Source of the DNA: an uncultured virus (IMG/VR IMGVR_UViG_3300031994_000077) | Taxonomy: Duplodnaviria; Heunggongvirae; Uroviricota; Caudoviricetes | DNA length: 64,000 bases | Direction: 5' to 3' (one strand) | Virus record (IMG/VR): IMGVR_UViG_3300031994_000077 | Notes under the pieces: generated by a model | What the model was told of the DNA's origin: nothing | The model's input: only the letters and a program-made list of their open reading frames with translations | Database searches by the model: none | Shown: positions 1 through 10,700 of the stretch, in pieces | Numbering within the stretch: the first letter of the stretch is position 1 | Layout: each line of letters opens with the position of its first letter | Translations under genes and position numbers: made by a program

Positions 1-291
1 ATCAATTAGTATTCCATCTTCATCTCTTACTGGACTATTGTATATCTTTATATCCCATACATATTTTTTAGCCTATAAATTAACAGTATCCTGATGCACG
101 AAAGGTATTACCAGTTGCTCTTCCGTACCATCTAATGTAATTTCTTTTTCAAAAACAGTTGAATGTGTTAATGTATCATAAATTGAAAAAACAGCTACAT
201 CACCCGCGGCAACACCTGTAAGAAGCGGAATAGAGAAAGACCCAGTATCGCCTCGCGGTATGATTAGCCTACGTTGTACCATTCTAATCAT
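1..291 (-). CDS. Hypothetical virion/baseplate-type protein (BppU N-terminal-like), partial, TAG read-through
   Basis: Track ORF 73..291 stops only at TAG; the frame continues (AKKYVWDIKIY...) to the window edge. The RGDT...YVWDI pattern resembles BppU-like N-termini. Confidence 0.55.
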
Positions 292-292
292 A

Positions 293-850
293 TCATTTCA
301 TGCAGGCAATTTTATCTTTGTATTCTCTATACAATTCTACCTGCTCCTCCTAAATCATTACTATATCATAGTCAGTTAATTCTAACTATATTTTTTTATC
401 TTTTGCGTGTTGAAGTTCTTTACTGACATCTTTTATCAGTTTAGAAACTTCCAAAGCCGCAGCAATTTCATTTAAATCAACAAGCTATTTATATTTAGTT
501 TCTAGAAATAATTTAGTATCATCTTCCCATTTTACCCAGGCGCGCATAATCGTGCGCGCGCCCACTCTAATTGTATTTGTATCTAATTGTTCTCGTGTGT
601 ATTTATACAAACTAGAATCAATTAAATCACTATACCTTGGATAAGATAATCTTAATAATTTACAATAATTATTTATATAATAATTATACAATTTCCTATA
701 ATTCCTTATCTCTTCATAGTAATGATATTCCTAACATTTTTCATAGCCACGAAGAGTTAGAAAACTAAAATAATTAGTTGCTTGTTCGTGAAAATTTATT
801 CCCTACTATAAGTGTTCTAATAATTCAATAAATAATTCACTAACATCCAT
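293..850 (-). CDS. Hypothetical helical protein (possibly ferritin-like), 185 aa with TAG read-through
   Basis: ATG at 850 (MDVSELFIELLEH...) is open to TGA at 293 if TAG is sense; includes track ORF 485..691. Confidence 0.7.
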
Positions 851-1257
851 TAGCAAATTCTAGTCACGCAAACATTAATATGTAGCCCTTCAACCGCAAC
901 ATCACCAGTTACAACCTGTAATGTAGTTGGGCTAGTACAACAACAATTTGTATTATTATTAGGACACTGAATAAAAGTTTTAAAACCGAAAGTATCAGTG
1001 GTACCCACTGTGCCAGTAAAACTAGAAATAGCCTGTGGCTGTGCAATACCATTACGGGTAAGCTGGAATGTTACCAGTCCTTCCGCAGTTGGTGCGCAAT
1101 AACCATCACACTCAACAAGGTATATTCCTGCACGGTTGAGCTGTATTGTCGCCGCACCAGTTACCTTCTCTGAGCAACCTTTGTCTACAATTGTATTATT
1201 AAAAGGGCATGCCGCATTTGCAGCAACAGCAATATTTGTACTATAAGTCTGTAACAT
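850..1257 (-). CDS. Hypothetical beta-rich protein with a Cys cluster
   Basis: Intact ORF with GGAGG RBS. Confidence 0.75.
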   Translation of the reverse strand: MLQTYSTNIAVAANAACPFNNTIVDKGCSEKVTGAATIQLNRAGIYLVECDGYCAPTAEGLVTFQLTRNGIAQPQAISSFTGTVGTTDTFGFKTFIQCPNNNTNCCCTSPTTLQVVTGDVAVEGLHINVCVTRIC

Positions 1258-1272
1258 ATTAATGCCTCCTAA

Positions 1273-1584
1273 TTACATTTCTTTATATAAACTAAGCATT
1301 CCTTTCACCATCGCCGCATGTTCTATGTGATGACGATGAAGAATCTCATAAAGGGTTTTCATAGCTTCTGGTGGCTCACCATTAGTTTTCTTATATTCTT
1401 CTATAATGGCCACAACTTGGGTATGTAATAATGACATATGCCCTAACTTTTCCGTAGCAATCTTATAAAAAGTCTCTGCTAAGGCGGGCCGCGCTTCTTT
1501 ATAATTTAAAGCGCATTTTGCGTATTCTTCCGCACAATCAATTTCTTTTTGAATTTTATCAGATAGTTTTTCTATAATCTTCAT
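1273..1584 (-). CDS. Hypothetical helical protein (ferritin-like E/H pattern)
   Basis: Intact ORF with GAGGAG RBS. Confidence 0.75.
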   Translation of the reverse strand: MKIIEKLSDKIQKEIDCAEEYAKCALNYKEARPALAETFYKIATEKLGHMSLLHTQVVAIIEEYKKTNGEPPEAMKTLYEILHRHHIEHAAMVKGMLSLYKEM

Positions 1585-1599
1585 AATAAACTCCTCAAT

Positions 1600-1630
1600 A
1601 AAAAAAGAGGGGTGTATAAATACACCCCTT
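1600..1630 (-). terminator. Rho-independent terminator
   Basis: AGGGGTGTA...TACACCCCT inverted repeat followed by a T-run on the minus strand. Confidence 0.65.
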
Positions 1631-1662
1631 ATGTTATGGCGTACTTATTACGCTCTTTTATA

Positions 1663-2289
1663 TTACATCATATTACATCCACAGAATGGATTATTACCGG
1701 CATTATAAGTAAAGCCATTTGGATAACGAATTACACCAGCGAGCTGATTCTGTAATTCGAGATGATTGATACGATTCTGCATATCATCCATACGATTACC
1801 AGTAATTAGGTCAGCAAGCTTCTGTACCTGCGCGGTAGTGTTAGCGTTAATCTGCGCGGTCTGCATTGCGGTATTGTAATTTACACCGTCGATAGACCTC
1901 TGGATGCTGCAACAACATTGATTCTGGTTTGCTAAGGCATTTGCCTGTCCAACCGCTAGGGCCGCGATATCACGTTGAAGCTCCATATATTTGTCGCCAA
2001 CATAGCCAACAACATCATGGTAAACCTGATTAGAAGCGGCAACACTCTGCGCGGTTCCGCTGGTTACAGCAGCAAGAATGTCACGAGTCTAGGCTTGTAG
2101 ATTCTGATTATCAAAGCCGCGATTTACGTCAGCCTGGATAGCATTAGCATTGCCTGCGCCATTGCCCCAACCATTGCCAAAGCCGCCGCCCATAAGAGCT
2201 AAAATAGCAAATAACCAAATCATACTACCACACCCGTCTACGCCATCACGATTGAGTAGAGCCACATCGGAAGCTGTTAAATTATCCAT
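1663..2289 (-). CDS. Gly/Asn-rich hypothetical protein with QCCC motif, 208 aa, TAG read-through
   Basis: Track ORFs 2089..2289 and 1663..1986 are in one frame, separated by a single TAG (NLQA*TRDIL). Confidence 0.85.
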
Positions 2290-2339
2290 AAGAAAAACCT
2301 CCTTATATATAAAAAAACTCCCGTTTTAAAAAACGAGAG

Positions 2340-2555
2340 TTAACTTTGTAAATCTTGGAGTATCTAATTAGGGTCAACGCCATATTTATTAGCAAGTTGT
2401 AGGAATACTTGCTAATAGTTTAGACCATTATTAGAAATCATTTTAGCAATTTGCTATATCTAAGGATTCTATGAAAGTACTGTTTCTAGCATAGCAGATG
2501 GATTATTACTATTAGAAACTATTTTATATAACTTTTTTATAGTTTCCATAGACAT
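2340..2555 (-). CDS. Small hypothetical protein, 71 aa, 5 TAG codons
   Basis: MSMETIKKLYKIVSNSNNPSAMLETVLS*NP*I*QIAK...GVDPN*ILQDLQS then TAA; fills the gap between neighbours exactly. Confidence 0.75.
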
Positions 2556-2556
2556 A

Positions 2557-2964
2557 TTATTCTACGATTGCTGCTACTGCGGTCTCATCTGTGGCCTGAC
2601 GCTTTGCGGCCTTATTAGATCCTCTACTATTGGATTTGGCATTTATTTTCTCCTCTAACGCTGCGATGCGTTCTTCTAATGAATTTATATTAACTGGCGG
2701 CGCTACCTCACGCGGAGTAACATTATATGGTTTAACTGTTTTATACCCTGCGCCATCTGTTTGAACGAGCCACACGATAGGTTCATGTTCATCTAATAGT
2801 AAAATCTTGCTATTAGGCCCCATCTAAAAGGCATTTGCGCCATTCTCGCCATTTACTCTTACAATATCATACTACGGAAGTCTGTTATTACCCCAGTAAC
2901 CCATCTAAGGCATACCACCCCATCCATTGTTTGGGTTGTTTCCGTTATTATTATCGTACAACAT
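2557..2964 (-). CDS. Hypothetical protein, 135 aa, TAG read-through
   Basis: ATG at 2964 after GGAGG; YDIVRVNGENGANAF*MGPNS joins track ORF 2557..2823. Confidence 0.8.
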
Positions 2965-3159
2965 TTAGCCTCCATATTTTCTGCCGCACCAAGGGCAATA
3001 AATACTCATACGCAAGTTATTAGCTGGGTCAAAGAACATTAAAGGTTCTTTTTCCTTATTCTTCTTATCATCCCAACAAAACTTACATCCCATTGGTTCC
3101 AGAAAATCTTTCTGTTCATTAGTATTATTTACTTCTTCTTCTTCGTTATAGTACTTCAT
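2965..3159 (-). CDS. Small zinc-ribbon protein
   Basis: CKFC...CPWCG motifs; RBS AAGGAG. Confidence 0.65.
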   Translation of the reverse strand: MKYYNEEEEVNNTNEQKDFLEPMGCKFCWDDKKNKEKEPLMFFDPANNLRMSIYCPWCGRKYGG

Positions 3160-3409
3160 AAAGCTCCTTTAAAAAATTCTATAATTTTGTTTTTGAAATT
3201 TCAACATATTCTGGTTCTTGATACTATAAAAACTAATTTATAATATAACCACTATAACCGTTATAAAATACTTTACTCCAATTTTGTAACTATTCTTCTA
3301 TAATTACAAGACTGTCGCGCGGTATTGCGAACAATACCGCGCTAGTAACATTTGGTTCTTCATGCACTCTTACGGCATTTGAATCCGTCTTTATAACAGC
3401 AGTTATCAT
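3146..3409 (-). CDS. Bacterial SH3 (SH3b)-domain protein, 87 aa, TAG read-through
   Basis: VRVHEEPNVTSAVLFAIP...WSKVFYNGYSGYI is an SH3b-like pattern; open only if 4 TAGs are sense; missing from the track. Confidence 0.75.
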
Positions 3410-3588
3410 TCTTCAATTAGCTCTTCCATACCGCTGTCAATTAGGATTTCACGAACCTTATCTTTGAGTAGGCGTGGAACCTGTGCGAAGGTCTTTTTGC
3501 CTAGCATAATCTGCTGAGCCCATAGCATAGCCATCATGTCTTTCATCTCCTTATTCATAAACACCAGTAATAAATTGCATAACCACAA
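3406..3588 (-). CDS. CD1375-family-like small phage protein
   Basis: MAMLWAQQIMLGKKTFAQVPRLLKDKVREIL pattern. Confidence 0.7.
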   Translation of the reverse strand: MWLCNLLLVFMNKEMKDMMAMLWAQQIMLGKKTFAQVPRLLKDKVREILIDSGMEELIEE

Positions 3589-3602
3589 TTTACCTCACTC
3601 CA

Positions 3603-4580
3603 TTATAGATTTTCAATATGTTTCAACCAATCATCAATAGTTACGGCTTCCATGCGCATACCCTCTTGGATATGGCGCGACCGCACGCTATTGGAAATGG
3701 CCATTTTCTCAGTAAAAGGAATTTCTTCCCATGCTTTTTTATTTTTCTTAAAATAGCTACTAAATCGTTTTTCTGTACTGTTACGATATTCTTGATTCTC
3801 TTGGTCTAACCATTCTGGCATATTCATAAGATAGTATGAATCAAAAATAATCATAACGGTATATAATAAAGCTTTATCTTCTTTACCGCGTTGCCGCAGT
3901 TCAGTAACTAATGCTTCATTACTGTCTAGCATATTGTTATATGTTTTTAAAATATATTTCTTATCATGCCTACATACACTATTATCACGCCATCGCCATA
4001 AATAGAAAGGCGTCGGACAATATTTTACATTAGTAGACAATGATTGACAAAGTATATTGAAATAACTATCTTCATGGATAGTTAGATTATCGTTAAAACG
4101 TATATTAAATTTCTTTAAATATTCCAACTTATGTACTTTACCATGAACAAAAGTTGAATCCATATTATGTGCTACATATTCTACTTTCTTTGTATCGGGT
4201 CTGCGGGATTCCTCAATAAAAACAGATACTAAGCTATCAAAGCCACCATTTTCATCTATTTCTCTGAATAGAATCCAGAAAGCGCATACATTGTAAAACA
4301 TGTCATCAGCGTCACAGAATATTACATAATCTGCGACCGCCTTATCTAAACATGTATTTCGTGCTGCGCTAACACCCCGATGCGGCATTTTGTAATATTC
4401 TATTTTATATGGATAGTTATTTAAAAATGTATCTGATAGAATTATATCGCTACCATCATTACATATAATAACTCCTATTTCGTCCATAGAGACATTTTGT
4501 TGAATAGCAATACTATCAAGAAGAGGCTTAATTACTTCTTCTGTTTCGTCATATTGCGGAATAAGAATTTGTAATTTCAT
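3603..4580 (-). CDS. Glycosyltransferase family 2
   Basis: ILIPQY, NDGSD, GVSAARN, FCDADD and ED motifs. Confidence 0.9.
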   Translation of the reverse strand: MKLQILIPQYDETEEVIKPLLDSIAIQQNVSMDEIGVIICNDGSDIILSDTFLNNYPYKIEYYKMPHRGVSAARNTCLDKAVADYVIFCDADDMFYNVCAFWILFREIDENGGFDSLVSVFIEESRRPDTKKVEYVAHNMDSTFVHGKVHKLEYLKKFNIRFNDNLTIHEDSYFNILCQSLSTNVKYCPTPFYLWRWRDNSVCRHDKKYILKTYNNMLDSNEALVTELRQRGKEDKALLYTVMIIFDSYYLMNMPEWLDQENQEYRNSTEKRFSSYFKKNKKAWEEIPFTEKMAISNSVRSRHIQEGMRMEAVTIDDWLKHIENL

Positions 4581-4641
4581 TTTCTTGCTCCATTAGATAA
4601 GTATTTTCATTACGATAGATTTATTATAATTTTTTTCGGGG

Positions 4642-5694
4642 TCAAAAATTTTTTGTAGGGATAATTTTACTAAATAAAGGAGACCAATTTGTATCTGAAA
4701 TATAAGCATTATATAAGCTTTCGGGAACATAAATAGTTGTATTATCTGGAAAAGCGTTTATATTAACTAAATTTACCATACGTGATGTATTAAGATAGAC
4801 AGAAAGCTAATCTGTCTAACGTGATGGATAATCTGGATCATAGAAACCCCATTCATCTATTTCAGAACACTTTTCTAAATAAACTCCGTGTAAATTCATC
4901 ATATCAGCCAAGCCTTCTAATGGGACTTTTTCTAACATTGGTAAACTAATAAAAGATAAGTTATTACATAAATAAAATGTTGTCTCTGAAATTGTCTTGC
5001 AAACTGGCAAAGATATACTCTATAGATTACTACAATTCGCAAAAGTGTCACTATTTAAAGAAATACATTTTGGCAAAAAAATCTAACTTATTTTCCCGCA
5101 ATATGCCATTCCATACCAACCTATTTCTTCACATTCTGGCAATGAAATTGAAATTAAATTGCCAGCGCGTGTTATACCAGCTCTTTGTATTGTTTTTATT
5201 TTTGACAAATTAAGATATGAAGCTTTTATATTATAAAGTGCTTCTTCCCCTATCGTTTCACACACCGGCAAGGTTATCTCTTTAAGATTCTCTCCTATCC
5301 GAATATAACCATACTACTATGGAGAATATGTATAACCAACACTATAAATAGATTTTGCCGCGTTAAAAGTTATACCAGCTATCTAAGAAAACCTAGGAAT
5401 CATTTCCTCCTTATTAGCAAATGGAAAAGCATCCATCCCGCCGGCACTAGCATACGGGTCACTAATAAAAGTAATATAAGTACTTTCTGGTAAATTCTCC
5501 ATACCATTCCCAGCAGTTGGTATACTACTATTATATGTAAACCCAATTAAAGTATCATAACTATCTAAATCTAATGTCTAAATATTATCTATTGCTTCAA
5601 TAAAAGGATAATTAATTTTACCACTCTTACCAGTTACCTCTCTAATCCCATCAGCAATACTTGTTAATTCACTTTTAGTTGCTAAGTAATACAT
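4642..5694 (-). CDS. BspA-type leucine-rich-repeat protein, 350 aa, TAG read-through
   Basis: N-terminus LTSIADGIREVTG, LP.C..I repeats and C-terminus IYVPESLYNAYISDTNWS; track ORFs 4816 and 5083 share the frame and end in TAG. Confidence 0.8.
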
Positions 5695-5695
5695 A

Positions 5696-6394
5696 TTAAA
5701 AACCTGCCTCAGCACTTGCGAATTTTACAGAAGAGAGGGCGACATATCCTTTATTATTCACCATTAAAACTTTCCCTACGTCAGCGTCACTTACTTTAAA
5801 ATCATCTTTTAAAAATTTTATTTTTAATTTATTATCTATTGCGCTTAAATGATTTGTGTCTATATCTGCTATGATGCCCTAAGTTATTGTTGATGTTTGC
5901 GTACTCTAATTATCTATTTGATTTAATTTAGGTAAATAGTTAGCATTAATTTCTCCTTCTGTAATATTAGTCCCCTTTAAATTAGTAAGCTGCGCGCCAG
6001 AACCACTAAAACCTTCAGCTGTAATAATACCATCTGTTACACTTACTTTATCACTACTAACAGCAGTATATGTAGTGGTATTTTTTTCATCCTTCTATAA
6101 TAATATTTTATATTCAATATTCGTCCCAGCCGCATCAACTTTTACCCTATCGTTTGGTGTTTCAACCTTTTCCCAAGTGCCTCCCGCACTTAAAAATTTT
6201 CCCTCATCGTTGTCTCTCGTTGGTACAGGAACTAAACCTTCTTTCGGCGGGTTATTTTTGTCATCTAATCCAATAAAAGGTTCTTGAACTGCGTTTTCTA
6301 TGCCCTATACCATTTTATTAAGTCTGGTTGCAGTAATAACTTGGCCGCCTTTCCACTCATTCTCTTTATAAAAACTTGTATCCGTGTCTGCCAT
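5696..6394 (-). CDS. Tail-fibre-like protein, 232 aa, TAG read-through
   Basis: WKGGQVITATRLN and GLVP...KFLSAGGTW motifs, also present in the 7703..15739 protein; ATG 6394 to TAA 5696. Confidence 0.7.
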
Positions 6395-6437
6395 TTTATC
6401 GCCTCCTGATAAAATATACTCTATCAGAATTGTGATA

Positions 6438-7088
6438 TTACTGTACTAGTTCTTTTACAATTCGCACAAGCTCATTCAGTAGAAATTTAGGCACCTTTAC
6501 AGTATCTTCCTTCTCTTCCTCTTTACCATAATTTCCAACCAATGTTGTGCCTGGATAATAGAAATTTAGCATATCTTTATATTTTACTCCAAGCTTCGCC
6601 GCATTCTTTATTCCCCTTTGACTCATTCCTACACCATGGCCAGTTCTTTTAGTACTATCATCCCATTCGTCCTTCTGCGAGATTAAATAAGCATAATTAG
6701 TACCCCATCTTTCTTTCGATGAAACAGTTGTGCCGCCATTATTAGATGAAAAAACTGCGGTAATAGGTTTATTTTTAAATAGCAATACTTCACCAACAGT
6801 CATGCGCGTCCCTGCTACTGCGTTAGGATACTTACTGGTGTCATGTCTAATGGCGCGATAGGCTTGCGCGCTTTTAGAGGAATCAGAAATTACTCCATCA
6901 ATATAGCGCATAGCAAAAGTGCGCGAAGCTACTGCTTGTGCCTTACAAGCCTCTAAGTCACTATTTCCAATCTCGGAAGCAACAACAGTTGCTACATAAG
7001 TTTCAAAATCTAATTCTACAATATCACCAACGCTGACATTAAAAAAATCAGCATTTTCATCTCTTGTAATTTTTACTTTTATATTCAT
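6438..7088 (-). CDS. SpoIID/LytB-domain peptidoglycan lytic transglycosylase (candidate lysin)
   Basis: EACKAQAVASRT, QAY, GHGVGMSQ and LNFYYPG motifs. Confidence 0.85.
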   Translation of the reverse strand: MNIKVKITRDENADFFNVSVGDIVELDFETYVATVVASEIGNSDLEACKAQAVASRTFAMRYIDGVISDSSKSAQAYRAIRHDTSKYPNAVAGTRMTVGEVLLFKNKPITAVFSSNNGGTTVSSKERWGTNYAYLISQKDEWDDSTKRTGHGVGMSQRGIKNAAKLGVKYKDMLNFYYPGTTLVGNYGKEEEKEDTVKVPKFLLNELVRIVKELVQ

Positions 7089-7507
7089 TAGTCTAACTTC
7101 TCGTAAGCATAACCATCTGTTGTAGTATAATGAATTTTTTTAATACCTTTCTCCGCGAGTGCGCGCATACATGCAGGGCAGGGCCGCGCCATAGCTTTTC
7201 TTCCATCCTTAAATTCTCTATATACAAAAATATGAGCAGAAGAAAAATCAATATCTAAATATTTTACCTTACTAAGCGCGCACAGCTCTGCGTGGCGCTT
7301 CGGTGGCAAATATTTCTTGCCCTCTTTTTTAAATCTATACTTATTATACTGTTCCTGCATAGGATGAGTCTTATCAGAATTACAACCTTTTGCTAATATA
7401 GTACCTTTATATACAATTACACAACCCAATTTTACACTATTGCTTCCGGTATAATCTGCTTCTTGACTTGCATTTTTTGCTGCTTCAAACATATGCAAAT
7501 GGTTCAT
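7088..7507 (-). CDS. Cytidine/dCMP deaminase-family zinc protein
   Basis: HAE...PCPAC zinc motif. Confidence 0.85.
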   Translation of the reverse strand: MNHLHMFEAAKNASQEADYTGSNSVKLGCVIVYKGTILAKGCNSDKTHPMQEQYNKYRFKKEGKKYLPPKRHAELCALSKVKYLDIDFSSAHIFVYREFKDGRKAMARPCPACMRALAEKGIKKIHYTTTDGYAYEKLD

Positions 7508-7533
7508 GCTTTTTTCTCCTTTCTTGATATTTA

Positions 7534-7563
7534 TATTATATCAAAAAAATATAAGAAAGTCAA
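7534..7563 (-). promoter_or_regulatory. sigmaA-type promoter
   Basis: TTGACT...TATAAT on the minus strand upstream of 7507. Confidence 0.6.
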
Positions 7564-7702
7564 GTTTTTGGCAATGATGCGTAAAACACTGTAAGTTTTT
7601 ATTATATATACTACAAACCGATTGAGAAGATATTCTTCTCATTTTTATATTATAATATAAGAATACCACGTATTTGAGAAAAAATGCGTAAGGAGGTAAT
7701 AT

Positions 7703-10700
7703 ATGCACAAATGGCAAGATGGCGAACTAATAACTGCTTAGAAACTTAATGCACTAGAAGAAGCTGTTGCTGGCGCGGCAACGGCTGAGGCACTTAATAG
7801 TGCAATTCAAGAGGAGTTAAAGAACGTCGGTGCGACACAAGTTGGCGCTGTTAGCTATAAAGAATCGCAAACGACTTTAAGCGATGATGACAAAAGGAAA
7901 GCATTAGCCAATATTAATGCGGTTGGATACCTTTCTCAATAGTTAACCACAGGCCAGCAAGAACAAGCTCGTAGGAATATCGGAGCGATTTCTTCTGCTG
8001 AGCTTGGAAGTGATATAACTAGCGTTGGAACAAATACACAAGGCACAGGTACTTTTCCACTTATTGTAGCAAATACAGATAACATTACTGGCCCTATTAA
8101 TATTAAAACGCTAGTCGCTGATAATTCAAGTAATCGCCCAACAGTTAATTTATCTACTGGTATTATAAATGTAAAAGGAATAAGTGCAGCAGAAGGAATA
8201 TCCGGCACTTTTTCCGGAGATGGAAGTAATATTACAAATTTAGATTTACAACATGTTAAAGATAACAGTATTCTGCCAGTAAGTCATGGCGGAACTGGCG
8301 TTGATGACTTATCAAGATTAAAAGGATAGCTCGGTGGTGTGGACCCAGAAGTTATTGCCCCTGACTATGATAAGACAATCGCGGACGGTTTTGATGAAAA
8401 TAAATATTGTACCAGAAATGGAAAATTTTATAGAAGTAATAAAGCTATTGCACGAAATGCTACTTGGAATTTTGATGATTGGAATGAGATAACATTAGCT
8501 AATTTAATACAAAGTCTTGATTAGACAGTAGCTAATGTTTCTTATGGTGTATTCACATCAACAAGTGATGGTCTTGTTCCATCAAGCGGCGCAAACGCGG
8601 ATAAATTTCTAAAAGGAAATGGAACTTGGGGTACGCCTGAACAATATACCCTACCCACCGCCTCTTCTGATACTCTTGGTGGTGTAAAAGTTGGTGATGG
8701 TTTAACAATTGCTAATGATGGTACGCTTAGTGCTAATGTACAGTCTGTTCCTGGAATGACAGGCGCGACCACTAGTACTGATGGTGCTGCGGGATTGGTA
8801 CCAAAACCTCTAACCACGGACTTAGGAAAGTTCTTATCTGCTGATGGTAATTGGACAGAAGTTGTAACTGATTTAACTGATGTTAATAATAAAATAGCTG
8901 ATGCAATTAAGAATATTGCTGATGAGTATGATGCAAGCAAAACATACAATGCAAATGACTATTGTATTTATGGAAATAAACTATACGTTTGCACACAAGA
9001 GGCTACCGGAGAATTTGATTCTGAAAAATGGGAAGAGGTTAATGTAGTAGAAGCAATTTCTGAAATTAGCAGCAAACTAACCCCAGAAGCTATCGGTGCA
9101 GCGTCAGCCAGTGATTTAGCTAATGAATATAATAGCGCGACCGCCTATAAAAAAGGCGATTATTGTATTTATAATGCTCATCTATATAAATGTAAAGCAG
9201 ACGTTACGGGAACTGCTCCTACCAATAGCACTTACTGGGAGTCTACAACTGTTGATGCAGCGATGACACTTGCAGCATAGGCTGCGGCCGCATCCGCTAG
9301 TGGTGTTGTGAGATATGATACAGAGCAAAATTTAGGAGAAGCGAAGGCTGTTGCAAGAGCAAATATTGGCGCGGCAGATGCAAATATAGTTGCTGGATTA
9401 ACAACCAGTGTTAGTTCTTTAAATAGTGCGGTAAATAATTTAAGCTATGTAAAGACAGTTAGCCAAAATGAAGGGAAAATACGCGCAACGTATAATGATG
9501 ATTCTTATCAAGAATACGCTACCGGTATTGCTTTTAATGGTGGCTATGTAGATGACAATAATGACTTATATTTCACTTATAGAGTAGATCAATCTTCAGA
9601 AGCAGTTCCTGTTTCTGGTGTAGATCCAATTCATTTACCCGCTACGGGTGGCGGCGGAGCTGCAACCTCTACAATCAGTCTAACAAACCCAGTAAGAACA
9701 ACTACCGTAAGAAATGGTAAACCTTGCCCATTTAGTTTTACTATTACTTCATCTGATGATAGTGAAATTTCAGTCACTTGGTCAGTAAATGGAACTGTTA
9801 TTTCTACACAGAATGGTAATAGCGGCGATACTTATGTTTTTGATGCAAAGGGTTACTTAATTCAATCTCGCGCAGGACAGCCAGTAAAAATGGCAGTAAC
9901 TAGTGCTGGCGGCGGTTCTTTAACAAGAAGTTGGAATGTTGAGACAGTAGCTTTTGAGATTAGCTGGGGAGGCTCTATTGAGCCAATAATGCTATATACT
10001 ACGGATGCTAATGTGAATATTCCAATAATTGTATCCGCAGAAAATGGTGTTGAAACTACAGTTACAGTGAAAGTCGGTTCAACTACTGCTGTAACACGTA
10101 ATGTAGTAGGCGCGCGTACAATTAGTGTTGAGTTAAATAGTCAACTATTTACTACTGGCGTTAATACTATTACTGCGACAATGGCATCTGCATCTGACCC
10201 AACTGATAAAGCAGATGATATTAGCATTATGGCTATTTGGGGGTATGGTGCTACATCACCAATAGTTAGCTTTGCTAATAAGACTCAATCTTGCGCGCAG
10301 TACGATGTTATAAGAATTGGATATTTTGTATATGATCCAAATAACGAAATAGCAACTTGTACGATCAAAGTTGGAAGCCAAGATGCTCGTCAAGTTAGTG
10401 TCGGCCGTGAGTTAAATATTTATGAATATACTTCTTCTGATATAGGCAGCGTAAATATTGTATTAACTTGCGGAACTGTTTCTGATACTATGACATTAAC
10501 AATTACTCAAAGTGATTATAACTTAGATTATATCAGAGAAGGATTAAAATATAATGTGGATCCAGTTGGACATTCTAATGCCGATAGTGATAGAGCATCA
10601 TTTGGCAAATTTACTTTCTCTGAAAACTTTGACTGGGTTAATGGTGGCTTTAAACAAGATTCATCTGGGGCAAGCGCTTTTGTCATAAAGAAAGGTAGTT

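Noticed and set aside
3370..3392. T-loop-like ACGG-ATTCAAATG-CCGT suggesting a tRNA
   Set aside because: No acceptor stem or CCA; it lies inside the SH3b coding frame.
7936..8949. Minus-strand ORFs 7936 and 8542 (also 11762, 58662 and off-frame 60807)
   Set aside because: They overlap the recoded giant gene or the tape measure in another strand or frame.
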